Assembly (NCBI GenBank): GCA_963737155.1
Contig: CAVTRN010000002.1
Location: forward strand, 1,440,001-1,504,000
Origin: Nitrospirota bacterium
GTDB lineage: Bacteria; Nitrospirota; UBA9217
Direction: 5' to 3'
DNA: 64,000 nt
In this document: piece after piece, positions 12,359-21,570 of the stretch
Layout: every line of letters begins with the position of its first letter
Numbering within the stretch: position 1 is the first letter of the stretch
The notes under the pieces: model-generated
Told to the model about the DNA's origin: nothing
Database searches by the model: none
Seen by the model: only the letters and a program-made list of their open reading frames with translations
Made by a program: the position numbers and the translations under genes

Positions 12359-13387
12359 ATGAAAATTTCGAGTTTGGGTGAGTTCGGTCTGATCGAGAAG
12401 ATCAGAAAGTCGGCCATCCGCAGTTCCACTGCGGTGATAGTCGGCATAGGGGACGATGCAGCGGCGCTCAAGGTGTCCGCATCGGCATTATTACTTGCAA
12501 CGACTGACATGCTGGTCGAGGGTGTGCATTTTGATCTCGCCTATACTGATTTGTACTCACTCGGATGGAAGTCCGCCGCTGTCAATCTAAGTGATATCGC
12601 GGCAATGGGCGGCATACCCCGGTTTTGTTTAACCTCCCTTGGCATTCCTCCCGTTCTTTCCGTGGAACAGATCTCTGATTTTTATCAAGGGTTCAATGCT
12701 GTCCTCCGCGCACACCACACAGCTCTCGTAGGAGGGGATACCTGTTCTTCCAGACATGGGCTTACGGTAAGTGTAACCGTTCTCGGAGAAGTCGAGAAAA
12801 CACGCGTTTTGACTCGTGCAGGCGCGAAACCCGGAGACCGAATCTTCGTTACGGGGGAACTCGGGGATTCGGCGGCAGGGCTGGAAATCCTGAAATACAG
12901 GGCCAAAGGATGGAGGGCAAGGCGAACTTTAGCGGTTCCAAAAAGGTTGATTGAGACACATCTTCGGCCCACCCCGCGGATGGAATGGGGGAGAACAATC
13001 GCTCGCTCCCGTTGTGCTCATGCAATGATTGATATCAGCGATGGACTTTCGTCTGACCTTGGACATATTTGCGAGCAAAGCCGTGTCGGTGCGGTGATAG
13101 CGGCCGAGAAGATACCCTTATCCCTGGCGCTCCGCAAAGCGGCTGCTCATCTCGTTAACATACCGTTTCATTATGCCTTGTCTGGGGGAGAGGATTATGA
13201 ACTCCTGTTCACAGCTTCAGTTGAAAAGTTGAGAAAACTCAGGTCTCTCGAAGTTCCTCTGCACGAAATCGGTGAAATAACTCAAGATCGCGCTATGCTG
13301 ATTGTAGATCAAGACGGCAAACAAAAGCCACTCAGAGCAACGGGCTATACTCATTTTGCAAAGGAGTCCGAAGAAGCGCATTCGTAA
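12359..13387 (+). CDS. thiL: Thiamine-monophosphate kinase
   Basis: GEFGLI, GIGDDAA, VNLSDIAAMGG, DISDGLSSDL, GGEDYELLFT. Confidence 0.95.
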   Translation: MKISSLGEFGLIEKIRKSAIRSSTAVIVGIGDDAAALKVSASALLLATTDMLVEGVHFDLAYTDLYSLGWKSAAVNLSDIAAMGGIPRFCLTSLGIPPVLSVEQISDFYQGFNAVLRAHHTALVGGDTCSSRHGLTVSVTVLGEVEKTRVLTRAGAKPGDRIFVTGELGDSAAGLEILKYRAKGWRARRTLAVPKRLIETHLRPTPRMEWGRTIARSRCAHAMIDISDGLSSDLGHICEQSRVGAVIAAEKIPLSLALRKAAAHLVNIPFHYALSGGEDYELLFTASVEKLRKLRSLEVPLHEIGEITQDRAMLIVDQDGKQKPLRATGYTHFAKESEEAHS

Positions 13388-13404
13388 CAGAGCTGACGAC
13401 GACC

Positions 13405-13866
13405 ATGCCTGTAAGAATGGTAAAAAAATACCTGCGGGATAGGCTTCATGCATTGATCAAACTCGATGAACCGCCACACGAACTTGCGCTTGCCTTTGCC
13501 CTTGGCGTTTTTGTTGCATTCAGCCCGACGATAGGGCTTCACGTGATTACGTGCCTCGTACTAGGGTGGATATTTCGGCTGAACAAACTCGTAATTGTAA
13601 CGGCGTCGTTTATCAATAATCCTTGGACCGTTGTTCCGATCTACGGGTTCTGTATATGGCTCGGCATCAATATTACCGGTGAAAATAGAGTCGTTCCCCG
13701 TATTGCGTGGGACCAACTCAGCTTTGGGAACTCATTCATTGTTTTAAAGCCCTACCTCTGGTCCTATGTAACCGGCACTCTGATCGTTGGCGCCGTTGCC
13801 GCTGTTATATCCTATATTTTCTTTTATTGTGTCATTGTCCGTTACCGCAGGGTGGAAAAAGGGTAA
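13405..13866 (+). CDS. DUF2062-family membrane protein
   Basis: PHELALAFALGVFVAFSP..G.H, F.NNPWT..P pattern. Confidence 0.8.
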   Translation: MPVRMVKKYLRDRLHALIKLDEPPHELALAFALGVFVAFSPTIGLHVITCLVLGWIFRLNKLVIVTASFINNPWTVVPIYGFCIWLGINITGENRVVPRIAWDQLSFGNSFIVLKPYLWSYVTGTLIVGAVAAVISYIFFYCVIVRYRRVEKG

Positions 13867-14105
13867 CTCGATCCTCAAACCCACCGCCGATGGATTTTCC
13901 TGACCTCGTCGCGGAAACAGCCCTCCGTGCCAGGGAAATTTCTCTTCAGAACCAGGATAACCTCCTAGTCAGTTACGGTGTAGTGCTGAATTGGGTCTGT
14001 CATGGCCCCAGTTTCCAATACCCGGATTCCCATTTCTTGACATTTGCGATTGCCCGGTGTATTAAATTCACAAGGCTGTGTGGAACATGCTACAAGAAGG
14101 CCGGT

Positions 14106-14375
14106 ATGACTATACTCAAAATATTATTGGCGCTCTTTTTTCTTTTTTTTGCTCCGGCAATAGGAATTGCAGATGAAGGACAAACAGGCAAGGAAAGCTT
14201 CAAAGAGGTTCACGAAGGCACGAAAAAAACGGTCAAATCCGTTGATAAAAAAGTTAATAAGAACTTGAAAGTCGCGGACAAGAAGGCAAAAGAATTTTGG
14301 AAGGCCGCGAATCGTGACGCGAAAAAGACCTGGAAGAAAATCATGCAGCATACAAAAAAGAGAACCAAGGACTGA
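14106..14375 (+). CDS. Small exported Lys-rich protein with 11-residue amphipathic repeats
   Basis: Signal peptide MTILKILLALFFLFFAPAIGIA followed by K-rich periodic helix; ORF-track start at 13707 appears too long. Confidence 0.65.
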   Translation: MTILKILLALFFLFFAPAIGIADEGQTGKESFKEVHEGTKKTVKSVDKKVNKNLKVADKKAKEFWKAANRDAKKTWKKIMQHTKKRTKD

Positions 14376-14438
14376 TAAGCCGATGCATCAAGGCTCCAGG
14401 TGTCAACTTTATCCCCTGCATCACTCCTCGCTTCTCAA

Positions 14439-14467
14439 TTGACATTGCGTCTTGACAATTATATTCT
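14439..14467 (+). promoter_or_regulatory. Sigma70-type promoter ~200 nt upstream of the acyl-ligase gene
   Basis: TTGACA-17 bp-TATTCT. Confidence 0.5.
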
Positions 14468-14672
14468 TTTAGTAGAAAAGTTCGTGACGGCAGAAGGGGA
14501 TTATTGTGCTTGTTGTGCGATTGTACTACCCGCTCTGCGGGCCGGTGACCAGAAGAAACGAGAACCTTTTTAAGAATATTCACGATTATCATCCCCATGC
14601 TCCCGTGATCCGGGAAGAAAGCTGTCGGACGGTATCGTATCGGCTGAGATCAATGAGAAAACGAGGTCTTGT

Positions 14673-17291
14673 ATGGTCCTGACCGAAATTCAGAAGGCTG
14701 CTGTGCGATATCCCGACCATATAGCCGTTCAAATGAAGGTCGGCGATCGATATGAACGCTATACCTATAGGGAGCTTATCAAAGCCATTGCTTCAGTGTC
14801 ACGGTCACTTTCGCAAAGGGGCATTAGCCGCGGTGACCGTCTTGTCCTGCTTTCTGAAAATCGAGTAGAATGGATGATCGCATACCTCGCGATCCTTTCG
14901 CTCGGCGCTGTTGCGGTGCCGCTTGATGCCCAACTGACTGACAAGGAAGTCAGACTTCTCGTGGCCTATTCCGACGCAAAAGCCGTCTTTGTGTCAGATC
15001 AGACACGTCAAAAGATTTTACGAGACAGCGGGCTTTTGATCATCGGATTTGATGAGGGGGAGGAGACGGCCTTTTCCAATTTCCTTGCCGCCTATCCATC
15101 TGCCGCTTTCCCAACTGCATCGGATGCTAGAGAATTTGCAGCGCTCCTGTACACCTCGGGAACCACTGGGGATCCGAAAGGTGTCATGCTATCGCAGGGC
15201 AACCTTGCATCTAATTGCGCGAGCTGTATCAAGCTCAAAATCGTCCAGCCCGATGATAATATGCTGCTGATCCTCCCTCTCCACCACACCTATCCCTCCA
15301 TGGCGTGCATGCTGCTGCCTTTTTCGGTAGGCGCTACCGTCACGATTCTGAACAGCATCAAGGGCCCAGATATTCTCGCATGCATGAAGGAAACGAATGT
15401 CAGTATCCTGCTCGGCGTGCCGCAGTTGTACTCAGGCATGCGTCGAGCTGTCTTTGATGGCATTCAAAAAAAATCCGCTCTCGTCCGTATTTTTATCAAA
15501 TTGCTCCTCACATTGAACGGGCAGCTCCGGCTGCGGCTGGGTGTAAATGTTGGGAAGGTTCTGTTCAGCAAGGTGCATGCCCAGTTCGGACCCAGCTTTA
15601 GGCTGTTTGCAAGCGGCGGCGCCCGGCTAGACGCGGACGTGTACACCGACATGACGAGGCTGGGGTTCACCATCATTGAGGGCTACGGTCTGACTGAAAC
15701 TTCACCGGTTTGCACGTTCAATCCCGTGACCAGACAGAAGGCGGGGTCTATCGGTATCCCGGTCCCCGGTGTGGAGGTACGAATAGTGGACCCCGATGGC
15801 AGTGGCCACGGCGAGCTTGCAATCCGTGGCGCAAACGTCATGCTTGGTTACTACAAAAAACCGCAGGAGACTGCGCAAGTTTTGCGGGATGGTTGGTTTT
15901 ATTCCGGTGACCTTGGATACCAGGACCGGGATGGATATTTTTTCGTCACCGGCCGGTCCAAAGAGATGATTGTGCTCGCGACTGGCAAAAAGATATTTCC
16001 CGAGGAATTGGAAAAGTACTATCGTCAGATTCCATCCATTAAAGAGATCTGCCTCATCCAGGGAGAGCGCGGACTCGAAGCCGCCGTGGTCCCGGACTTC
16101 GATTATCTCCGGAAGATGAACTTGTCCAATTCAAGAGAGACAATCGCCTTCGCAATCGAGGATATTGCCAAGGATCTTCCGTCGTACAAACGGATCACCG
16201 GATTAAAAATATTCAAGGAACCGCTGCCTGTAACGCGTCTTGGCAAAATCAGGCGGACCAAGGTGAAGGTACTGTACAGCCAGTCGGACAAACGGGTTGA
16301 GGAAAAGGTTCAGGCACCCGATACCTGGCCGCAGGCAGATCCGGTAATGAAGAAGCTGATTACCTGTCTTGAGCCATTTTCCGCGAAAAAACAGATCATC
16401 CCAGACGATAACCTGGAGATCGATCTAGGGCTCGATTCGCTTGCTCGTGTTGAAATGGTAGTCAGCATAGAAAAATCGTTCGGCATCAGTCTTCCTGATA
16501 CGTTTGGTTCCGAGGTTTTTACCGTGAAGGACGTTATCCTGAAGATCCAGCAGTTACTGGAAACCGCCGGTGTGGTCGAGTCGGGTAGCAACGTGAAAAT
16601 GACCTGGACCGAGATCCTGTCTCAGGTACCGTCGAAGGAAATTCTCTCACTACTCAAACTCGAACGCGGCGCGATAATTGATACTTTCCGGTATGTATTG
16701 CAGCTCATTCTCAGGATCGTTTTTGCAGTCTACGGCCGGTTGTCGGTGCACGGGCTAGAAAACCTTCCGGGGAAAGGCCCGTTTATCATCGCGCCGAACC
16801 ACCTTAGCCTCGTCGATGCACCGGCAGTAATGGCAGCATTGCCTTGGCCCATCGCATCGCAGACTTTCTCTCTCGGGACAACGGCTTACTTCGGTGGGCC
16901 GGTTTCCTCGAAGATAGCAAGGCTTGTGAATGTGATACCGGTTGACATGGATGCGCGACTCTATAGCGCGATGCAATTATCGGCATATGTACTTCGCCGG
17001 GGCAAGATCCTCTGCATATTTCCCGAAGGCGGTCGGTCACGCGATGGCGGCGTCAAGGATTTCAAAAAAGGAGTCGGCATCATTGCAAAGGAATTAAATA
17101 TCCCGCTCATTCCTGTCGCTATCCAGGGTACTTACGAAATGCTTCCCTCGGGAAAATATATACCGAAACCCGCAAGGGTAACCATCACCATCGGTAAGGC
17201 GATTTATCCCGATTCTATGGATTATGACGAGATCGTAAAAACCGTGTCTCAGGAGATTGTGAAGATGCTGGGACCGAGATCGCGTCCATAG
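14673..17291 (+). CDS. Long-chain acyl-CoA/ACP ligase fused to carrier-protein and PlsC-type acyltransferase domains
   Basis: YTSGTTGDPKG, EGYGLTE, SGDLG; DLGLDSL phosphopantetheine site; NHLSLVD and IFPEGGRS. Confidence 0.9.
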   Translation: MVLTEIQKAAVRYPDHIAVQMKVGDRYERYTYRELIKAIASVSRSLSQRGISRGDRLVLLSENRVEWMIAYLAILSLGAVAVPLDAQLTDKEVRLLVAYSDAKAVFVSDQTRQKILRDSGLLIIGFDEGEETAFSNFLAAYPSAAFPTASDAREFAALLYTSGTTGDPKGVMLSQGNLASNCASCIKLKIVQPDDNMLLILPLHHTYPSMACMLLPFSVGATVTILNSIKGPDILACMKETNVSILLGVPQLYSGMRRAVFDGIQKKSALVRIFIKLLLTLNGQLRLRLGVNVGKVLFSKVHAQFGPSFRLFASGGARLDADVYTDMTRLGFTIIEGYGLTETSPVCTFNPVTRQKAGSIGIPVPGVEVRIVDPDGSGHGELAIRGANVMLGYYKKPQETAQVLRDGWFYSGDLGYQDRDGYFFVTGRSKEMIVLATGKKIFPEELEKYYRQIPSIKEICLIQGERGLEAAVVPDFDYLRKMNLSNSRETIAFAIEDIAKDLPSYKRITGLKIFKEPLPVTRLGKIRRTKVKVLYSQSDKRVEEKVQAPDTWPQADPVMKKLITCLEPFSAKKQIIPDDNLEIDLGLDSLARVEMVVSIEKSFGISLPDTFGSEVFTVKDVILKIQQLLETAGVVESGSNVKMTWTEILSQVPSKEILSLLKLERGAIIDTFRYVLQLILRIVFAVYGRLSVHGLENLPGKGPFIIAPNHLSLVDAPAVMAALPWPIASQTFSLGTTAYFGGPVSSKIARLVNVIPVDMDARLYSAMQLSAYVLRRGKILCIFPEGGRSRDGGVKDFKKGVGIIAKELNIPLIPVAIQGTYEMLPSGKYIPKPARVTITIGKAIYPDSMDYDEIVKTVSQEIVKMLGPRSRP

Positions 17292-17318
17292 CGTCGATGC
17301 CGTTGCAAAGGTGAGCAT

Positions 17319-18170
17319 ATGCTGAAAAAAATGAAGATCATTCTCGAAATGATCAAGTTTGAACACACAATCTTTGCACTTCCTTTTGCGTTTACGGGAG
17401 CGGTGCTCGCTGCACGGGGGATCCCGACACTGAGGACAATCCTCTGGATAACGGTGGCCATGTTTGGCGCTCGGTCTGCGGCAATGGGCTTTAATCGCTG
17501 GGCTGATCGGAAGTTCGATGCCGCGAATCCAAGGACCAGAACCAGGGCACTTCCCGTGGGAATTGTTTCGCCGGGACAGGTGATCCTGTTTACGGTGGCA
17601 TCATCGGCGCTCCTCATCTTGGCGGCATACATGCTGAATCCGCTGTCCTTTTATCTTTCTCCGGTGGCGCTTGCCATCGTGTTCTTCTATTCCTACACAA
17701 AACGGTTTACCTATCTTTCACACCTGTTTCTCGGATTGGCAATTTCTGGCGCGCCCTTGGGCGCCTGGATAGCGGTTGCTGGCAGGGTTAGTGTCCCGGC
17801 ATTCGTTCTAGGCCTTGCTGTGCTTTTCTGGCTCATGGGCTTCGATACGCTCTACGCGCTCCAAGACATGGAATTCGACCACAGAGCCGGTCTTCATTCG
17901 ATACCGCAGCGCTTTGGTGTTCGGCGCTCGCTCTGGATATCACGGGCAGCGCATACGGTCACGATGGGTTCACTGTTCTGGCTTGGCGCACTACTCTCTC
18001 TCGGCTGGGTCTATTTCACCGGGGTCGGCATTTCCCTGGTTCTGATCGTTTATGAGCATACCCTCGTCAAAGAAAACGACCTTTCGAAACTGAATTTCGC
18101 ATTTTTTAATATGAACGGCTATATCAGCATGACGATTTTTATCTTTACGCTCTTCGGCCTGTTGGTGTGA
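17319..18170 (+). CDS. UbiA-family prenyltransferase (MqnP-like)
   Basis: IKFEHTIFALPFA, RSAAMGFNR.ADR.FD..NPRT..R, FD.LYALQD..FD, FFNMNG. Confidence 0.9.
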   Translation: MLKKMKIILEMIKFEHTIFALPFAFTGAVLAARGIPTLRTILWITVAMFGARSAAMGFNRWADRKFDAANPRTRTRALPVGIVSPGQVILFTVASSALLILAAYMLNPLSFYLSPVALAIVFFYSYTKRFTYLSHLFLGLAISGAPLGAWIAVAGRVSVPAFVLGLAVLFWLMGFDTLYALQDMEFDHRAGLHSIPQRFGVRRSLWISRAAHTVTMGSLFWLGALLSLGWVYFTGVGISLVLIVYEHTLVKENDLSKLNFAFFNMNGYISMTIFIFTLFGLLV

Positions 18171-18242
18171 TAATGGAGCAAAAAGGCCGCAGTTTGGCTG
18201 TTGCATGGCATGTATGTATCATGGACATCTGTAAAACTTCCC

Positions 18243-18271
18243 TTGACAATCATTGTCGTTCTAATTATATT
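18243..18271 (+). promoter_or_regulatory. Sigma70-type promoter of tRNA-Leu
   Basis: TTGACA-17 bp-TATATT, 10 nt before the tRNA. Confidence 0.65.
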
Positions 18272-18281
18272 AATGCACTAT

Positions 18282-18368
18282 GCCGAAGTGGTGGAACTGG
18301 TAGACGCGCTGCGTTCAGGGCGCAGTGGGAGCAATCCCGTGGGGGTTCGAGTCCCCCCTTCGGCACCA
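18282..18368 (+). tRNA. tRNA-Leu(CAG)
   Basis: GCCGAAG/CTTCGGC acceptor stem, anticodon arm CTGCG-ttCAGgg-CGCAG, long variable arm, GGTTCGAGTCC, encoded CCA. Confidence 0.97.
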
Positions 18369-18919
18369 TTTTGATATTCATAACTTTCGGGGATATAGCC
18401 CAGAAGAATATCATCAATTCCCCAAGTCTCTGAATGTGTCATAGAAGTAGAACTAGATAACGCTCTTATCCTTCATTATGCCTATCCTGTCAAAAAAATA
18501 ACCGACCATGTCTTCTCTTCCCCAAGTGTTTATTTGCATTTCTCCAAACATCCTTATGTTACTTGCCTATTCTTTGACACAGTCAAATAACGAAATTACA
18601 ACTTATTTGGATCTAGAGGGAAGTGTAGTGATATGAACCGTTTTCCTTCATGAAAGGTTCGGGTTTCGGAAATCTAAATGTTCAACAATAAGTTTCGTGG
18701 TCTTGTAGATAAGAACAGCACGTTGTATTACCCAGTTGATCTTTTTTTTCATAAACTCACGAAGGTTGTCGGCGATCTGATTCTGCCTGGGATGACTGGG
18801 TCTTCAAAACTTGACACTGCCTGATCTGTGCCAGTGACGTGATCAGAAAAGCGTGTTTTATAAGCATGGAGAAGAATATCCTGTTCGAAAGATCTCTTTA
18901 TCAAAAAACGTGCTGAAGA

Positions 18920-19450
18920 CCACGGGCGTATGCCTGTGGATGAAAGTGTACCAGCCTAGGCTGGTGATTTTTTTAACAATACAATGGCAATATGGAAATT
19001 CAACATAGTGCCCATGGAGCATATCTTCACCAAGACCACCTTGTATGGCTACCCTGGTATCAGAAGCGAATATTGAATGGAGCGTTGAAACAATTCGCAG
19101 AAAAGTGGTTGCAAGATATTGAAACGTATCATTCCGACATAGACATCTAGCGGTATGGCAGTCAAAAAGATCATGCCCACCTGATTATCGTGATACCGCC
19201 GAGATATTGGGTATTGACGATTTCGGGAAAAATAAAAACGAATTCGAGTAGTGCAGTAAGTAAATAGTTTGCTTGGATCAAGAATATATATTGGCGAGAT
19301 GAATTCTGGTCATTTGGGTTCTTTCTATCTACGATTGGATTACATGAAGAGATAATAAAGCTATACGTGGCATTTTAAGAAAAGGTTGATAAATGCAGGT
19401 GAAGTTAGGTTTTTGAAAGTGCCAAAGGCGCAAGCCCGTGGGTATGTACT
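18920..19450 (+). mobile_element. Decayed IS200/IS605-family element, tnpA pseudogene ~18992-19410
   Basis: Manual translation from ATG 18992: MEIQHSAHGAY.HQDHLVW.P.Y.KRIL...DHAHL...PP.Y...EFWS.GFF.STIG...I..YV, with in-frame stops; terminal hairpins at 18920-18939 and ~19422-19441. Confidence 0.85.
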
Positions 19451-19666
19451 GAAGAGCAAGTAGTCAGGGACGCTGCTAGGGAAATGTTTAACTAAAATTA
19501 TTCTCCGGTGTCATAAACATATTATATGATTCTAGCCCGGGTCGAAAATAGTTTGTGCTGGGAGTATTTCCCTTGTTCGATTAGAAAATAGGATTTATTG
19601 AGCATATTATGCATCGGTGTGTTTTTTGTACCGAGACTGACATAATGAAAGTCCATTGACCCTGGC

Positions 19667-20524
19667 CTAAAACTTATAGGTAATCAAAACGCCTCGTTCT
19701 TTCCCCTCTATCAATGGCACAAAGCCCAGGGTGCTCTTGTGAGAATGGGAGGCAACAACCGCTTTACCCGTAAAATACGCTATTGCGGACCCTACAAAGA
19801 CATCGGATGCCCAATGAGCATTCTCATGGAGCCGTTCGAAGCCTATGAGTAGAGAGGCCCCGTACACCAAGGGGGGGACAATCATGTTATTATACTCTGT
19901 AGCAACAACGGTGGCTATTGAAAATGCCGAAGCGGCATCACCTGAGGGGAATGACTGGTAGTCCCCGTTGGTCGTAAATCCAGTCCACGTATCGTGCGGG
20001 TCCCCTGTATAGGGGCGAGCCCTTCCCGCTGCGTGTTTCAAAACTTCAACAAAAGCGCCAGTAATAACAAAGCTTTCAGCAGACAGTAGAAATGTTGTCT
20101 TGGCTTTATCATCTGAAGCAATGTACCCGTAGGCACCGAGACCAACCACGACAGGCACAGAGTAAGTGCCTATCTTCTTGGCATCGTCTGAAAGGTTCTG
20201 AGTTGTTGCGTTATCGTGTTTTCGAAACCATGTCTTAATCTGCTCATCTTGCGTGTACAATCCCACAGCGACACCCGTAACGATGGACGCCTCCAGCCAG
20301 TCAGACGGGTTCCACCGTGCTGGCGATGTTAAGATATTCATGGTATCTGTCAAATAGCCGGTGAAATAAGCCTTGTTTAGATCAACCGATGTCGTCCCCG
20401 AGGATGACAATTGGGCACTTTCCGCAGGAACTAGCGAATTGTCCGTGGCAAGAGCAGATGAAGTTGCGGTAAGAACCAGAAGAGCGACAATACCATATGT
20501 TCTCAAAAAATGAATGGACGACAT
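19667..20524 (-). CDS. Exported PAP2-superfamily protein
   Basis: Signal peptide; KHAAGRARP, SFPSGD, RLHENAHWASDV motifs. Confidence 0.8.
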   Translation of the reverse strand: MSSIHFLRTYGIVALLVLTATSSALATDNSLVPAESAQLSSSGTTSVDLNKAYFTGYLTDTMNILTSPARWNPSDWLEASIVTGVAVGLYTQDEQIKTWFRKHDNATTQNLSDDAKKIGTYSVPVVVGLGAYGYIASDDKAKTTFLLSAESFVITGAFVEVLKHAAGRARPYTGDPHDTWTGFTTNGDYQSFPSGDAASAFSIATVVATEYNNMIVPPLVYGASLLIGFERLHENAHWASDVFVGSAIAYFTGKAVVASHSHKSTLGFVPLIEGKERGVLITYKF

Positions 20525-20684
20525 TTACAAACTCCTAAATAATGGAATTTCAAATTAAGACGGCACAGTATAGCGATTATTAATAGGCAAATCAACCTCA
20601 ATATCACATTTGAGTAAAGTTTTCCATCGTGGATACTGTGATATACTAGTAAAAAATGAAGAAGTAGTAGTAGGGGGACTAATT

Positions 20685-20890
20685 ATGAAAAACATATTTA
20701 CCATAGCTTTATATTTAATCAGTGCAACGGCACATGCAGCTTCAGGTTATCACGTTATCATCAAACTCTCATTTGGGGGGTAGTTGGTTGGGATAATTTC
20801 ACCGTGGACAGTGCTGCCCATCGGCTGTAGAGCACCTATGTGGGTCATAGACACCGTAACTGATTGGCTGATTGGTGATATACCCAAGTA
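20685..20890 (+). pseudogene. 5' remnant of an exported YncE/YVTN-type beta-propeller gene
   Basis: MKNIFTIALYLISATAHAASGYHVI.K...GG, then GWDNFTVDSAAHRL and VIDT.TD.LIGDIP across frameshifts and stops. Confidence 0.55.
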
Positions 20891-21570
20891 GTCTCCCGAT
20901 TGTTCGGGAAGAGACTGCAGCAACAGCCCAGTGGTAATCGTCTGAAACCGTCGCTGTTCGGCATCTGCGTGCTTTTCCGGATGAGAAAGGGCGGAAAGTA
21001 TATTTTGTTAGAGAAGTGCAGCTATTTTGATTGCAAAGCTGCGGATCTTTTAGTGCAGTATTCGGGCACTGAAAAGGTAGACGTTCTCACCGCTCAACTC
21101 CCTAGCTAAGGTAAAGATATTAAAAGAGCGAAGGCTGCATAAGACCTGCTAGGCATGCGCTTAGTGCAAAATATGGGCTCAGTCAATGTTAAAGTTCCCA
21201 GGTGATTGAATGGCCTGCATCCATAGCTCAGATTTTGTTTACGGTCGCTAAATGGTAAAGTCTTAGACGCATTACATTCGGTATAAGCCACAAACCCTGC
21301 AGGATTACCTTCCGAGGATGGTCGCAATGATCCTTGTTTTTCTGAATCTTTTATTGACTGTTCCTCGTTTACATGGTAAGTTGCTTAGCTTGATATCCCT
21401 TGTGGCCTTACTGTCACCTCACTCACCTCATTTTAGAAGGTAGAGTAAGGTATTTTAGTTGATAAACTTAATTTAATAATTCGTCAGCTAGCTGCGGAGT
21501 ATTTATTAGTGATATTAGTACTTCGGCTATGTAATTATTGCGGCTGTATTAAAGCGAGGACTTACTCAAG

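Noticed and set aside
14600-14630. SRP RNA-like CCGGGAAGAAAGC
   Set aside because: It lacks the CAGG...GGAA-GGAAGCAGC consensus and the flanking helix.
18167-18433. 88-aa ORF
   Set aside because: It overlaps tRNA-Leu and its promoter.
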